In this document: positions 7,854 through 15,102 of the stretch, piece by piece | How the letters are laid out: each line of letters opens with the position of its first letter | Numbering within the stretch: the first letter of the stretch is position 1 | NCBI GenBank assembly: GCA_031459625.1 | Contig: JAVKIH010000039.1 | Span: forward strand, 1 to 16,626 | Length of the DNA stretch: 16,626 nt | From: Candidatus Geohabitans tengchongensis | Lineage (GTDB): Bacteria; Sysuimicrobiota; Sysuimicrobiia; Sysuimicrobiales; Humicultoraceae | Direction of reading: 5' to 3' | Program-made: the position numbers and the translations under genes | The notes under the pieces: model-generated | Database searches by the model: none | What the model was told of the DNA's origin: nothing | Seen by the model: only the letters and a program-made list of their open reading frames with translations

Positions 7854-8735
7854 CTACACGCGCTCCCTGGACGGCGCAGCCGTCTCGCCCATCTGCCAGG
7901 CGTAGAGGAAGCCAGCCAGCATGTCGGCGCCGGAGGTCTCCCCCGTCTCCAGGATGCGCGCGGCGGCGTCGACGGCCTGGTGGGGGTCTGCGGGCAGCCG
8001 CCGCACGAAGTCGTGCCAGCGGTCGGGCGCATGCCCCGCGAACGCTGCCTCCAGGTAGGCCTGGCTCACCCGCCCGGTGCGCACCCGCGCCGTCTCCAGG
8101 ACGATCTGGCCGACGGCCCGGATGCCGAGCGGCCCTGCCCGGTCCGGCCACAGGTGACAGGCCAGCAGCACGCCAGCCAGCAGGTCGTCTCCTGATGGCG
8201 TGAGCCCCGGCCCCAGGCCGGCCAGCCGGCTGGCGGCGGCGGTGAGCGAGGCGATGTCACCCTCCTGCAGCGCCTCGCGCAGCAGGCCCAGGCCCTGCCG
8301 CGCCTGGGTAAGCAGGGGACTCTCGTGTTCGGGGTAGAGGACGCGGGCCAGTCCCTCCTCCGGTGCGGCCCACCGCAGGAACATGCGCACCGCGCGCATC
8401 CCCCGGTCGGCGGGCGCGGCCAGGGTGGGGAGGGTGGGGTCCCAGACGGCGGCCGGGGTCAGGTGGATGCGCAGGTCGCCGACCTGGAGGTGCTCGTCGT
8501 GCACCTCCACCGGGTGCCCGGTCGGGACGTGCCGGAAGGAGGGGGTGGCGCGGACCGTGAGGGCGAACGCCCCCCGCCCCAGCGGCTCGCTGAGCACCGC
8601 GATGATGCGGCCCTCGCGCGCCTCGACGTAGCAGGACCGGTCGAAGACGGCCAGCACCTGACCGGCCAGGCCGGGCGACTGGAGGAGCGGCTGGACCGGC
8701 CGGGCGATGGCCAGGGCGGGGATGGAGGCGGACAC
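7854..8735 (-). CDS. DUF2877 family protein (YlbF/AllH, YahE-like)
   Basis: LAGLGPGLTPSGDDLLAG and GETSGADMLAG match the GxGxGLTPxxDD and G(H/E)TSGxD signatures of DUF2877. Confidence 0.85.
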   Translation of the reverse strand: MSASIPALAIARPVQPLLQSPGLAGQVLAVFDRSCYVEAREGRIIAVLSEPLGRGAFALTVRATPSFRHVPTGHPVEVHDEHLQVGDLRIHLTPAAVWDPTLPTLAAPADRGMRAVRMFLRWAAPEEGLARVLYPEHESPLLTQARQGLGLLREALQEGDIASLTAAASRLAGLGPGLTPSGDDLLAGVLLACHLWPDRAGPLGIRAVGQIVLETARVRTGRVSQAYLEAAFAGHAPDRWHDFVRRLPADPHQAVDAAARILETGETSGADMLAGFLYAWQMGETAAPSRERV

Positions 8736-8741
8736 GCCCCT

Positions 8742-8747
8742 ATCCTA
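8742..8747 (-). promoter_or_regulatory. Putative leaderless -10 element TAGGAT, 6 nt upstream of the DUF2877 GTG
   Basis: Minus strand reads TAGGAT-AGGGGC-GTG. The TAG is also the stop codon of the PIN toxin. Confidence 0.5.
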
Positions 8748-9140
8748 CCCCCGACGGGGAAGCCGGACCTCCTTGAGGATCCACTCATGGCGCGCCTGCA
8801 GCGTCTCGTCGAGCGTGCAGAGCGGGGCGCGGCGGGCGCGGCTGTGGGCCGCCAGCAGACGGTCGAACGGATCGCGAGTCCACGTGAGCGGGAGGGCGTG
8901 GCGGACGAGCGTCAGCCACGGCACCTCGTCCACCAGAAACCGCGGGTCGGCCAGGACGGCGTCCGTGAACTCTGGGTTGCGCACTTCCAGCCGCCCGGCC
9001 TCGCTGAGGAACTGCACCTCCAGGAGCGAGACCGGCGACAGCCCCCAGGGGCGGTACCGATCGAGCCAGGGGAAGTCCCGCAGGCGGCGGGCTGAGAGCA
9101 CGATCCAGATGAGGAAGTGCGTGTCGAGCAGGACGGTCAC
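8745..9140 (-). CDS. vapC: PIN-domain (VapC-family) toxin, 131 aa
   Basis: MTVLLDTHFLIW, SPVSLLEV, RDPFDRLLAA and LCTLDE carry the acidic PIN residues. GTGA overlap with the antitoxin stop at 9137-9140, so the start is 9140 rather than the track's 9368. Confidence 0.9.
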   Translation of the reverse strand: MTVLLDTHFLIWIVLSARRLRDFPWLDRYRPWGLSPVSLLEVQFLSEAGRLEVRNPEFTDAVLADPRFLVDEVPWLTLVRHALPLTWTRDPFDRLLAAHSRARRAPLCTLDETLQARHEWILKEVRLPRRG

Positions 9141-9403
9141 CGGGCCGTCCGGCGCCGCTGGCGGAGACGCAGCCCGACGGCTCGGGGTGTCCACTCCCAG
9201 GACCAGGTGTGGGCCTGCTCGAGGTCGGGGACCCGCAAGAGGGAGGCGTATTCGACCGGAGCGTCGCGGTCCGACGGGGCGGGCTCGGCACGGAGCACGA
9301 TGCGGTGCCCGCGCCGCTCGATGACGACGACTTCGCCCCGGGCGACCTCGTCGAGGAGCCCGAACCACACGCGACGCGCCTCGGAGGCGGTCAGCCGTTT
9401 CAC
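9137..9403 (-). CDS. Phd/YefM-family type II antitoxin, 88 aa
   Basis: MKRLTASEARRVWFGLLDEVARGEVVVIERRG fits the Phd/YefM N-terminal pattern. Directly upstream of and overlapping the PIN gene. GTG at 9403 preferred over TTG at 9418. Confidence 0.85.
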   Translation of the reverse strand: MKRLTASEARRVWFGLLDEVARGEVVVIERRGHRIVLRAEPAPSDRDAPVEYASLLRVPDLEQAHTWSWEWTPRAVGLRLRQRRRTAR

Positions 9404-9420
9404 ATGTACAATGTACAATG
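9404..9420 (-). promoter_or_regulatory. TA operator/promoter: two TGTACA palindromes overlapping a TACATT -10 element
   Basis: TGTACA at 9405-9410 and 9412-9417. Minus strand reads TACATT (9415-9410)-GTACAT-GTG. Confidence 0.75.
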
Positions 9421-9446
9421 AGATGCCCCGGGTGGGAAGGGAGCGA

Positions 9447-10007
9447 TCACCCCTTCGGCGGCTCGGCTCCCGCTCCCGTTCCGGCCGCAGCCTGCACCGC
9501 CTCCACGATCCCCTGGTAGCCCGTGCACCGGCAGAGGTGGCCGCCCAGCGTCTCCAGCACCTGGGCCTCGGTGGGGTGCGGGTGGTCGCGCAGCAGCGCG
9601 TAGGCGCTCATCAGGATCCCCGGCGTGCAGAAGCCGCACTGCAACCCGTGGTGGCGGCGGAACGCCTCCTGCAGGGGGTGGAGCGTCTCCCCCGTGCTCA
9701 GCGCCTCGACCGTGGTGACGGTGTGGCCCGCCCCCTGCACGGCGAAGAGCAGGCAGGAGCGCACCGGGGCGCCGTCGAGCAGCACGGTGCACGCGCCGCA
9801 CACCCCGTGCTCGCACCCCAGGTGGGTGCCGGTCAGCCCCAGGTCCTCCCGCAGGAAGTCGGCCAGGGTCTTGCGTACGTCGACCGTGGCCTCGACCGGG
9901 CGGTCGTTCACCGTCAGGGTGACCGTGGCCGTCGCCACCGGCGGGCGGAGCCGGCGGGGCCGCGCGGGACGGGCGAGGCGGGCCGGGGCGACCGTGCCCT
10001 CACCCAT
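9447..10007 (-). CDS. coxS: Molybdenum hydroxylase small [2Fe-2S] subunit (CoxS/CutS family)
   Basis: GCEHGVCGACTV..SC, QCGFCTPG and LCRCTGY motifs; GAGGGA SD-like sequence before ATG 10007; Arg/Pro-rich N-terminal extension. Symbol is family-level only. Confidence 0.94.
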   Translation of the reverse strand: MGEGTVAPARLARPARPRRLRPPVATATVTLTVNDRPVEATVDVRKTLADFLREDLGLTGTHLGCEHGVCGACTVLLDGAPVRSCLLFAVQGAGHTVTTVEALSTGETLHPLQEAFRRHHGLQCGFCTPGILMSAYALLRDHPHPTEAQVLETLGGHLCRCTGYQGIVEAVQAAAGTGAGAEPPKG

Positions 10008-10011
10008 CCGC

Positions 10012-10081
10012 GTCCCTCATCCGCCGGGCGGCCCCCTTGCGGCGTGGGTCCCTCATCTGCGGCGTGGGTCCCTCATCCGCC
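10012..10081. repeat. Tandem 20-bp duplication plus a third partial copy at the coxM/coxS junction
   Basis: TGCGGCGTGGGTCCCTCATC at 10038-10057 and 10058-10077; GTCCCTCATCCGCC at 10012-10025 and 10068-10081. Confidence 0.95.
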
Positions 10082-11002
10082 CGGCGCGCGCTCGGACGCG
10101 CCGGCCCGTGGCGCGCGGCTGCGGCCGGCGCGGGGGCGGGTGGCGGAGCGTTCCCACGCCGCCGCCAGCGCCCGGCGCACCAGCACGGCCGCCACCTCCT
10201 TCCGGTAGGCGGCCGTGGCGTGGATGTCCTCGGGGGGCTCGAGCGGGGCCGCAGCCAGCCGTCCCGCCTCGGCCAGCACCTCGGGCGTCGGCTCCCGGCC
10301 CGCCAGGAAGGCCTCGGCCTCCGGCGCGCGCAGCGGGCCCGGGCCCACGCCGGTGAAGGCCAGCCGGGCGGCGGCCATGCGGCCGTCCTCGCGCTGCACC
10401 AGCGCGGCCACCCCCACCAGGGCGAAGTCGCCGTGGCGGCGGGCGACCTCCAGGAAGGCGCTGCCGCTGCGCGGCGGCGGCAGCGGGAAGCGGACCTCGG
10501 TGACCAGCTCGTCCGGCCCGACCGCCGTGGTGAGGTACCCGGTAAAGAAGTGAGTCCACCCGATCACCCGCGTGCCCGCCGGGCCCACGACGACCACATC
10601 CCCGTCGAGCGCCGCCAGCACCGCCGGCAGCTCGGCCGCGGGGTCGGCGTGGGCGATGGAGCCGCCCACCGTGCCGCGGTTGCGGATCTGCGGGTGGCCC
10701 ACCAGGCGGATCGCCTCGGCCAGCAGGGGCACAGCGCGGGCCACGAGCGGGGAGCCCTCGACCTCCCGCTGGCGGGTGAGCGCGCCTACCAGCAGCCGGT
10801 CGCCCCGCCGGCGGAGATAGGCCAGCCGGCCGATGCGGTTGATGTCGACGATGACCTCGGGGCGCACGAGCCGCATGTTCAAGAGCGGCACCAGGCTCTG
10901 ACCGCCGGCCAGGACCTTCGCCTCCGGGCCGTACTCGGCCAGCAGGGCCAGCGCCTCGGCCACCGAGCGCGGGGCGGCGTAGCGGAACGGCGGGGGCTTC
11001 AC
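10073..11002 (-). CDS. coxM: Molybdenum hydroxylase medium FAD-binding subunit (CoxM/CutM family), 309 aa
   Basis: [55 protein letters not shown] and DIHATAAYR motifs. GTGA overlap with the large-subunit stop at 10999-11002. Symbol is family-level only. Confidence 0.94.
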   Translation of the reverse strand: MKPPPFRYAAPRSVAEALALLAEYGPEAKVLAGGQSLVPLLNMRLVRPEVIVDINRIGRLAYLRRRGDRLLVGALTRQREVEGSPLVARAVPLLAEAIRLVGHPQIRNRGTVGGSIAHADPAAELPAVLAALDGDVVVVGPAGTRVIGWTHFFTGYLTTAVGPDELVTEVRFPLPPPRSGSAFLEVARRHGDFALVGVAALVQREDGRMAAARLAFTGVGPGPLRAPEAEAFLAGREPTPEVLAEAGRLAAAPLEPPEDIHATAAYRKEVAAVLVRRALAAAWERSATRPRAGRSRAPRAGASERAPGG

Positions 11003-13353
11003 GCGCCCACCCCGGCCGGCACCCGGCCGGCCCCGGCGGCGATCAGCTCCCGCACGCGCGCGGGGCTGAGCGGCATCTCCGTGATCCGCACCCCCCACTC
11101 CTGGAGGGCGTCGTCCAGCGCGGAGGCAAGCAGCGCCGGGACAGGGATGGTCCCGGCCTCGCCCGCGCCCTTCACCCCCAGCGGGTTGAGCGGCGAAGGG
11201 GTCTCCAGGTGCTCGATCTCGATGCGCGGCACTTCCGCCACCGTGGGCAGCAGGTAGTCCATGAAGGTCTGGGTCAGCAGCTGTCCCTCCTCGTCGTAGA
11301 CCAGTCGTTCATAGAAAGCGTTGCCGATCCCCTGGGCGATCCCGCCGCGGATCTGCCCCTCCAGGATCAGCGGGTTGATCACCCGGCCGCAGTCGTGCAC
11401 CACCACGTAGCGCAGGAAGCGCACCATCCCCGTCTCCACGTCCACCTCCACCTCGGCGGCGTGGCAGCCGGCCGCAAAGGTCCCGCGGGGCGGGGCGAAG
11501 TAGCGCGTCGCCTCGAGCCCCGGTCCCTCCCACGAGGCGGGAATGGTGCCCCGCAGCGGGTTGGCCGCCACCGCCACTTCCCCGAGCGGCGCCGCCCGGC
11601 CGGGCACCCCGCGCACCCGCACCGTCCCGTCGCGCAGCTCCAGGTCGTCGACCCGCGCCTCCAGCAGCGTGGCCGCCACCTGCAGCGTCTTCTCGCGCAC
11701 GGCCTGCGCCGCCAGCGCCACCGCATTGCCGGCCACCACGGCCGCCCGGCTGGCGAAGGTGCCCGTGCCCCACCCGAAGGCCCCGCTGTCCCCTGTGGTG
11801 ACGATGACGTCCTCCGGACGTACCCCCAGGGCGTCCGCCACGATCTGGGCGAAGGCGGTGTAGTGGCCCTGCCCCTGGGTGCCCACCGAGGTGGCCACGA
11901 AGACCTTGCCCGAGGGCTCCACGGTGATGCGGCACCCCTCGTAGGGGCCGATGCCGCCCCCCTCCACGTAGCAGGCCAGGCCCAGCCCCACGACGCGCCC
12001 GGCCCGCCGGTAGGCGGCCCGCCGGGCCGGCCACCCGTCGTAGTCGATGGCCCGCAGCGCCCGGTCCAGCACCTCCGGGTAGTTGCCGCTGTCGTAGACG
12101 AGGCGCGCGTTGTCCTGGTAGATGAGCCCGACGTCATAGGGGAACTCGTGGGGCTGGATGAAGTTGCGGCGGCGCACCTCCGCCCGGTCCAGCCCCAGCT
12201 CGCGGGCCACCCGCTCGATCAGCCGCTCCATGACGAAGACCCCGTGCGGCCGCCCGGCCCCGCGGTAGGGGCTCGTCTGGGTCTTGGTGGTGAAGACCGC
12301 CGTGAACTCGGCGTGGTAGTTGGGGATGCGGTAGGGGCCGGGGAGCGTGCACGAGGCCACGATGGGGACGATGAGGCCGTAGGCGCAGTAGGCGCCGGCG
12401 TCGTGCAGGAAGACGGTGCGCACGCCCAGGATGCGGCCCTCCCCGTCGACGGCGATCTCGGCGTCGTGGACCTGCAGCCGCTCGTGGTTGGTGGCGGTGA
12501 AGTGCTCCCGCCGGTCCTCCACCCACTTCACCGGGCGGCCGAGCACCATGGCGGCATGGGGGACGAGGATCTCCTCCGGGTAGCACATCATGATCTTCGG
12601 CCCGAACCCGCCGCCGATGTCGGGCGCCACCACGCGGATGTGGTGCAGCGGCAGGCCGAAGAGCCGGCTGAGGAAGTCGCGGATGCGGATGGGCGCCTGC
12701 GTGGTGTCCCATACCGTGAGCTGGCGCGCCGCGGCGTCCCACTCCGCCAGCACTCCCCTGGTCTCCATGGGGGAGGATGCCCCGCGGTCGAACACGAACC
12801 GCTCGCGAAAGATGTGCGCCGCCCGGGCGAAGGCCGCCTCGACGTCCCCCACGCGCTGCGTGTAGTGGGCGGCCACGTTGGTCCCGGCGTCCTCGTGGAC
12901 GAGCGGCGCATCCGGCCGCACCGCCGCCAGGAGGTCCACTACCGGCGGCAGCGGCTCCAGCTCCACCGTCACGCGCTCGAGGGCGTCCTCCGCCAGGTAG
13001 CGCGTCTGCGCCACCACCATGACCACCGGCTCCCCCACGTGGCGCACCTTCTCGCCAGCCAGCGCCACCTGGGTCTTGTGGTGGACGAGCGCCGGGTGGG
13101 GGATCAGACGCGGCAGCGGGCCGCGGATGGCCGCGGGCAGATCGGCCGCCGTGAAGACGGCCAGCACCCCGGGGCTCGCGCGCGCCGCCTCGACGTCGAT
13201 GCGGCGGATGCGCGCGTGGGCCAGGGGGCTCCGCCAGAGGGCCGCGTGCACCATCCCGGGGCGGCGGATGTCGTCGAGGAACAGGCCGCGGCCCACCAGC
13301 AGCCTGGCGTCTTCGTTGCGCGGGACGCGTTCCCCGAACCAGCGGGTCGCCAT
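10999..13353 (-). CDS. coxL: Molybdenum hydroxylase large molybdopterin-binding subunit (xanthine oxidase family, form II CoxL-like), 784 aa
   Basis: [82 protein letters not shown] and GVKGAGEAG motifs. ATG 13353 chosen because family similarity starts there. Symbol is family-level only. Confidence 0.95.
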   Translation of the reverse strand: MATRWFGERVPRNEDARLLVGRGLFLDDIRRPGMVHAALWRSPLAHARIRRIDVEAARASPGVLAVFTAADLPAAIRGPLPRLIPHPALVHHKTQVALAGEKVRHVGEPVVMVVAQTRYLAEDALERVTVELEPLPPVVDLLAAVRPDAPLVHEDAGTNVAAHYTQRVGDVEAAFARAAHIFRERFVFDRGASSPMETRGVLAEWDAAARQLTVWDTTQAPIRIRDFLSRLFGLPLHHIRVVAPDIGGGFGPKIMMCYPEEILVPHAAMVLGRPVKWVEDRREHFTATNHERLQVHDAEIAVDGEGRILGVRTVFLHDAGAYCAYGLIVPIVASCTLPGPYRIPNYHAEFTAVFTTKTQTSPYRGAGRPHGVFVMERLIERVARELGLDRAEVRRRNFIQPHEFPYDVGLIYQDNARLVYDSGNYPEVLDRALRAIDYDGWPARRAAYRRAGRVVGLGLACYVEGGGIGPYEGCRITVEPSGKVFVATSVGTQGQGHYTAFAQIVADALGVRPEDVIVTTGDSGAFGWGTGTFASRAAVVAGNAVALAAQAVREKTLQVAATLLEARVDDLELRDGTVRVRGVPGRAAPLGEVAVAANPLRGTIPASWEGPGLEATRYFAPPRGTFAAGCHAAEVEVDVETGMVRFLRYVVVHDCGRVINPLILEGQIRGGIAQGIGNAFYERLVYDEEGQLLTQTFMDYLLPTVAEVPRIEIEHLETPSPLNPLGVKGAGEAGTIPVPALLASALDDALQEWGVRITEMPLSPARVRELIAAGAGRVPAGVGA

Positions 13354-13354
13354 G

Positions 13355-13371
13355 GAATATCGGTCCGATTC
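13355..13371. promoter_or_regulatory. Operator-like palindrome immediately upstream of the large-subunit start
   Basis: ATCGG-T-CCGAT at 13359-13369 within GAATATCGGTCCGATTC, an AT-rich patch in GC-rich DNA. Confidence 0.4.
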
Positions 13372-13476
13372 GCACGCCGCACGGGTCTTTCCTGCCCGCC
13401 GGTCCGGCAGCAGGCCGCGCCGGGCCCAGCGCGAATCCCTCACGAGGAGCGTCCCCCCGCTGGAGCCGGGGGGCGT

Positions 13477-13520
13477 TCCCCCTGGGGAGAGGAGGAGCCA
13501 TCCCCCTGGGGAGAGGAGGA
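13477..13520 (+). repeat. 20-bp exact direct repeat that duplicates the Shine-Dalgarno of the propeller gene
   Basis: TCCCCCTGGGGAGAGGAGGA at 13477-13496 and 13501-13520 (period 24). The second copy ends 5 nt before ATG 13526. Confidence 0.95.
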
Positions 13521-13525
13521 CGGGC

Positions 13526-14725
13526 ATGGACGAGGTGCGGCTGCTCGTGGGGACCCGCAAGGGCGTGTTCATCCTGCGCGCCGACGGGGCGCAGCGGCGG
13601 TGGGTGCTGGACGGTCCCGCCCACGGCGGGTGGGAGGCCTACCACGTCCAGGGGGATCCGGCCGATCCCGACCGCCTCTACGCGGCGCTGTGGACCGCCT
13701 GGCACGGCACGCTCATCCAGCGCAGCCGTGACGGCGGCCGCACCTGGGAGCCGGTCGGCAACAGCTTCACCTACGCCGATGGTGACGCGGTCCACCAGGG
13801 CTTCGAGGGGGAGCCGCAGCCCTGGCGCTTCAAGCGGGTCTGGCACCTCGAGCCCGTCCCGGCGCACTGGGGCCCGCGCGGCGGGGCGGGCGGGGATGCG
13901 GCGCGCGGCGCCGGTGGGGTGCGCGGGCGCGGTGGGGCGGGCCGCGGAGACGGCGGGCGGTGGTTCGCCGGCGTGGAGGACGCCGCCCTCTTCCGCTCCG
14001 CCGACGGCGGCGCCACCTGGGAGGAGCTGCCCGGGCTGCGCCGCCACCCCAGCACGACCGCCTGGCAGCCGGGCGCGGGCGGCCTGTGCCTCCACACCAT
14101 CCTCTTCGACCCGGTCGACCCCGGGCGGCTGTACGTGGCCATCTCGGCGGCAGGGGTCTTTCGCTCCGAGGACGGCGGGCAGACCTGGCAACCGGCCAAT
14201 CGCGGCCTGCGGGCCACCTACACGCCGGAGCCCGAGCCCGAGGTGGGGTTCTGCGTCCACCGCATCGCCCTGCACCCGGCGCGGCCGCAGGTGCTCTTCA
14301 TGCAGAAGCACTTCGGCGTCTACCGCAGCGACGACGCGGGCCGGTCCTGGCAGAAGATCAGCGGGAACCTCCCCAGCGACTTCGGCTACCCCATCGCCGT
14401 CCACCCCGAGGAGCCCGACACCGTCTACGTCGTGCCCATCACCGACGACACGCAGCACTATCCCCCCAACGGCGAGCTGCGGGTGTGGCGGACGCGGGAC
14501 GGCGGCGGCACCTGGGAGGCCACGGGCCGCGGGCTCCCGGACCGCCACTGCTACGTGAACGTCCTGCGCGAGGCCATGGCCACCGTGGGCGGCGACCCGC
14601 CCGGGATCTACTTCGGGACGACCGGCGGCCAGGTGTACGGCTCCACCGACGGCGGCGAGACCTGGCAGGCGGTGGCCACGCACCTCCCGCCGGTGCTGTC
14701 GGTGGAGGCCCACCGGGTGGGGTGA
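13526..14725 (+). CDS. Asp-box (BNR) repeat beta-propeller protein of unknown function, 399 aa, no signal peptide
   Basis: Six Asp-boxes ([54 protein letters not shown]). N-terminus [20 protein letters not shown] before ATG 13526. Confidence 0.9.
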   Translation: MDEVRLLVGTRKGVFILRADGAQRRWVLDGPAHGGWEAYHVQGDPADPDRLYAALWTAWHGTLIQRSRDGGRTWEPVGNSFTYADGDAVHQGFEGEPQPWRFKRVWHLEPVPAHWGPRGGAGGDAARGAGGVRGRGGAGRGDGGRWFAGVEDAALFRSADGGATWEELPGLRRHPSTTAWQPGAGGLCLHTILFDPVDPGRLYVAISAAGVFRSEDGGQTWQPANRGLRATYTPEPEPEVGFCVHRIALHPARPQVLFMQKHFGVYRSDDAGRSWQKISGNLPSDFGYPIAVHPEEPDTVYVVPITDDTQHYPPNGELRVWRTRDGGGTWEATGRGLPDRHCYVNVLREAMATVGGDPPGIYFGTTGGQVYGSTDGGETWQAVATHLPPVLSVEAHRVG

Positions 14726-14728
14726 CCC

Positions 14729-15058
14729 ATGGAGGTAACTTTGGTGCTGCCGCCGCACTGTCGCCGCCTGGCCGGGGCCGCCGGGCCGGTGACGGTGGCT
14801 GTCCCGGCAGGCGCGGGCGAACGGGTCACGGTGGGGATGGTGCTGGAGGCGCTGGAGGCGGCCTACCCTGTGCTGCGCGGCCTGCTGCGCGAGGGCGGCG
14901 GCTCGCTGCGCGAGGGCAGCGGCTCGCTGCGCCCGTTCATCCGGGTCTTCGCCGCCGGGACGGACCTCACGCCGGCGGGACTGGCGGCCGAAGTGCCGCT
15001 GTCGGTGCGGGAAGGCGCGGAGGCGTTGCGGATCGTCGGCGCAATCGCCGGGGGGTGA
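14729..15058 (+). CDS. MoaD/ThiS-family ubiquitin-like (beta-grasp) protein, 109 aa
   Basis: TVGMVLEALEAAYPVL helix, RPFIRVF strand, C-terminal IVGAIAGG diglycine. Starts 3 nt after the propeller stop. Confidence 0.9.
   Translation: MEVTLVLPPHCRRLAGAAGPVTVAVPAGAGERVTVGMVLEALEAAYPVLRGLLREGGGSLREGSGSLRPFIRVFAAGTDLTPAGLAAEVPLSVREGAEALRIVGAIAGG
14884..14932 (+). repeat. In-frame 21-bp tandem duplication within the Ubl gene (LREGGGS-LREGSGS-LR)
   Basis: GCTGCGCGAGGGC(G/A)GCGGCTC at 14884-14904 and 14905-14925 (one mismatch), followed by GCTGCGC. Confidence 0.93.
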
Positions 15059-15102
15059 CGGAGGCTTGAGGCCGCCTGCGCCCCCCCACGCGCCCCGATG
15101 GC

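Noticed and set aside
8736..9446. IS or MITE carrying the TA pair
   Set aside because: No transposase, terminal inverted repeats or target-site duplication found.
10999..13353. Aerobic CO dehydrogenase (form I)
   Set aside because: Lacks the Cu-binding AYxCSFR cysteine loop; gene order and accessory genes do not match.
13477..13520. Short direct repeats here and at 5851 and 10038 as mini-CRISPR arrays
   Set aside because: Only two copies each, spacers of 0-5 nt, unrelated sequences, and no cas genes.
13869..13942. G-quadruplex-forming G-runs
   Set aside because: G-runs are common throughout this GC-rich window and are explained here by Gly codons.
13526..14725. Sialidase or glycoside hydrolase assignment
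   Set aside because: Asp-boxes are structural only. There is no RIP motif or signal peptide, and the partner gene is a Ubl.
14729..15058. Canonical molybdopterin synthase small subunit moaD
   Set aside because: No moaE or moeB nearby, longer than typical MoaD, and coupled to a propeller gene. Only the family-level call is kept.
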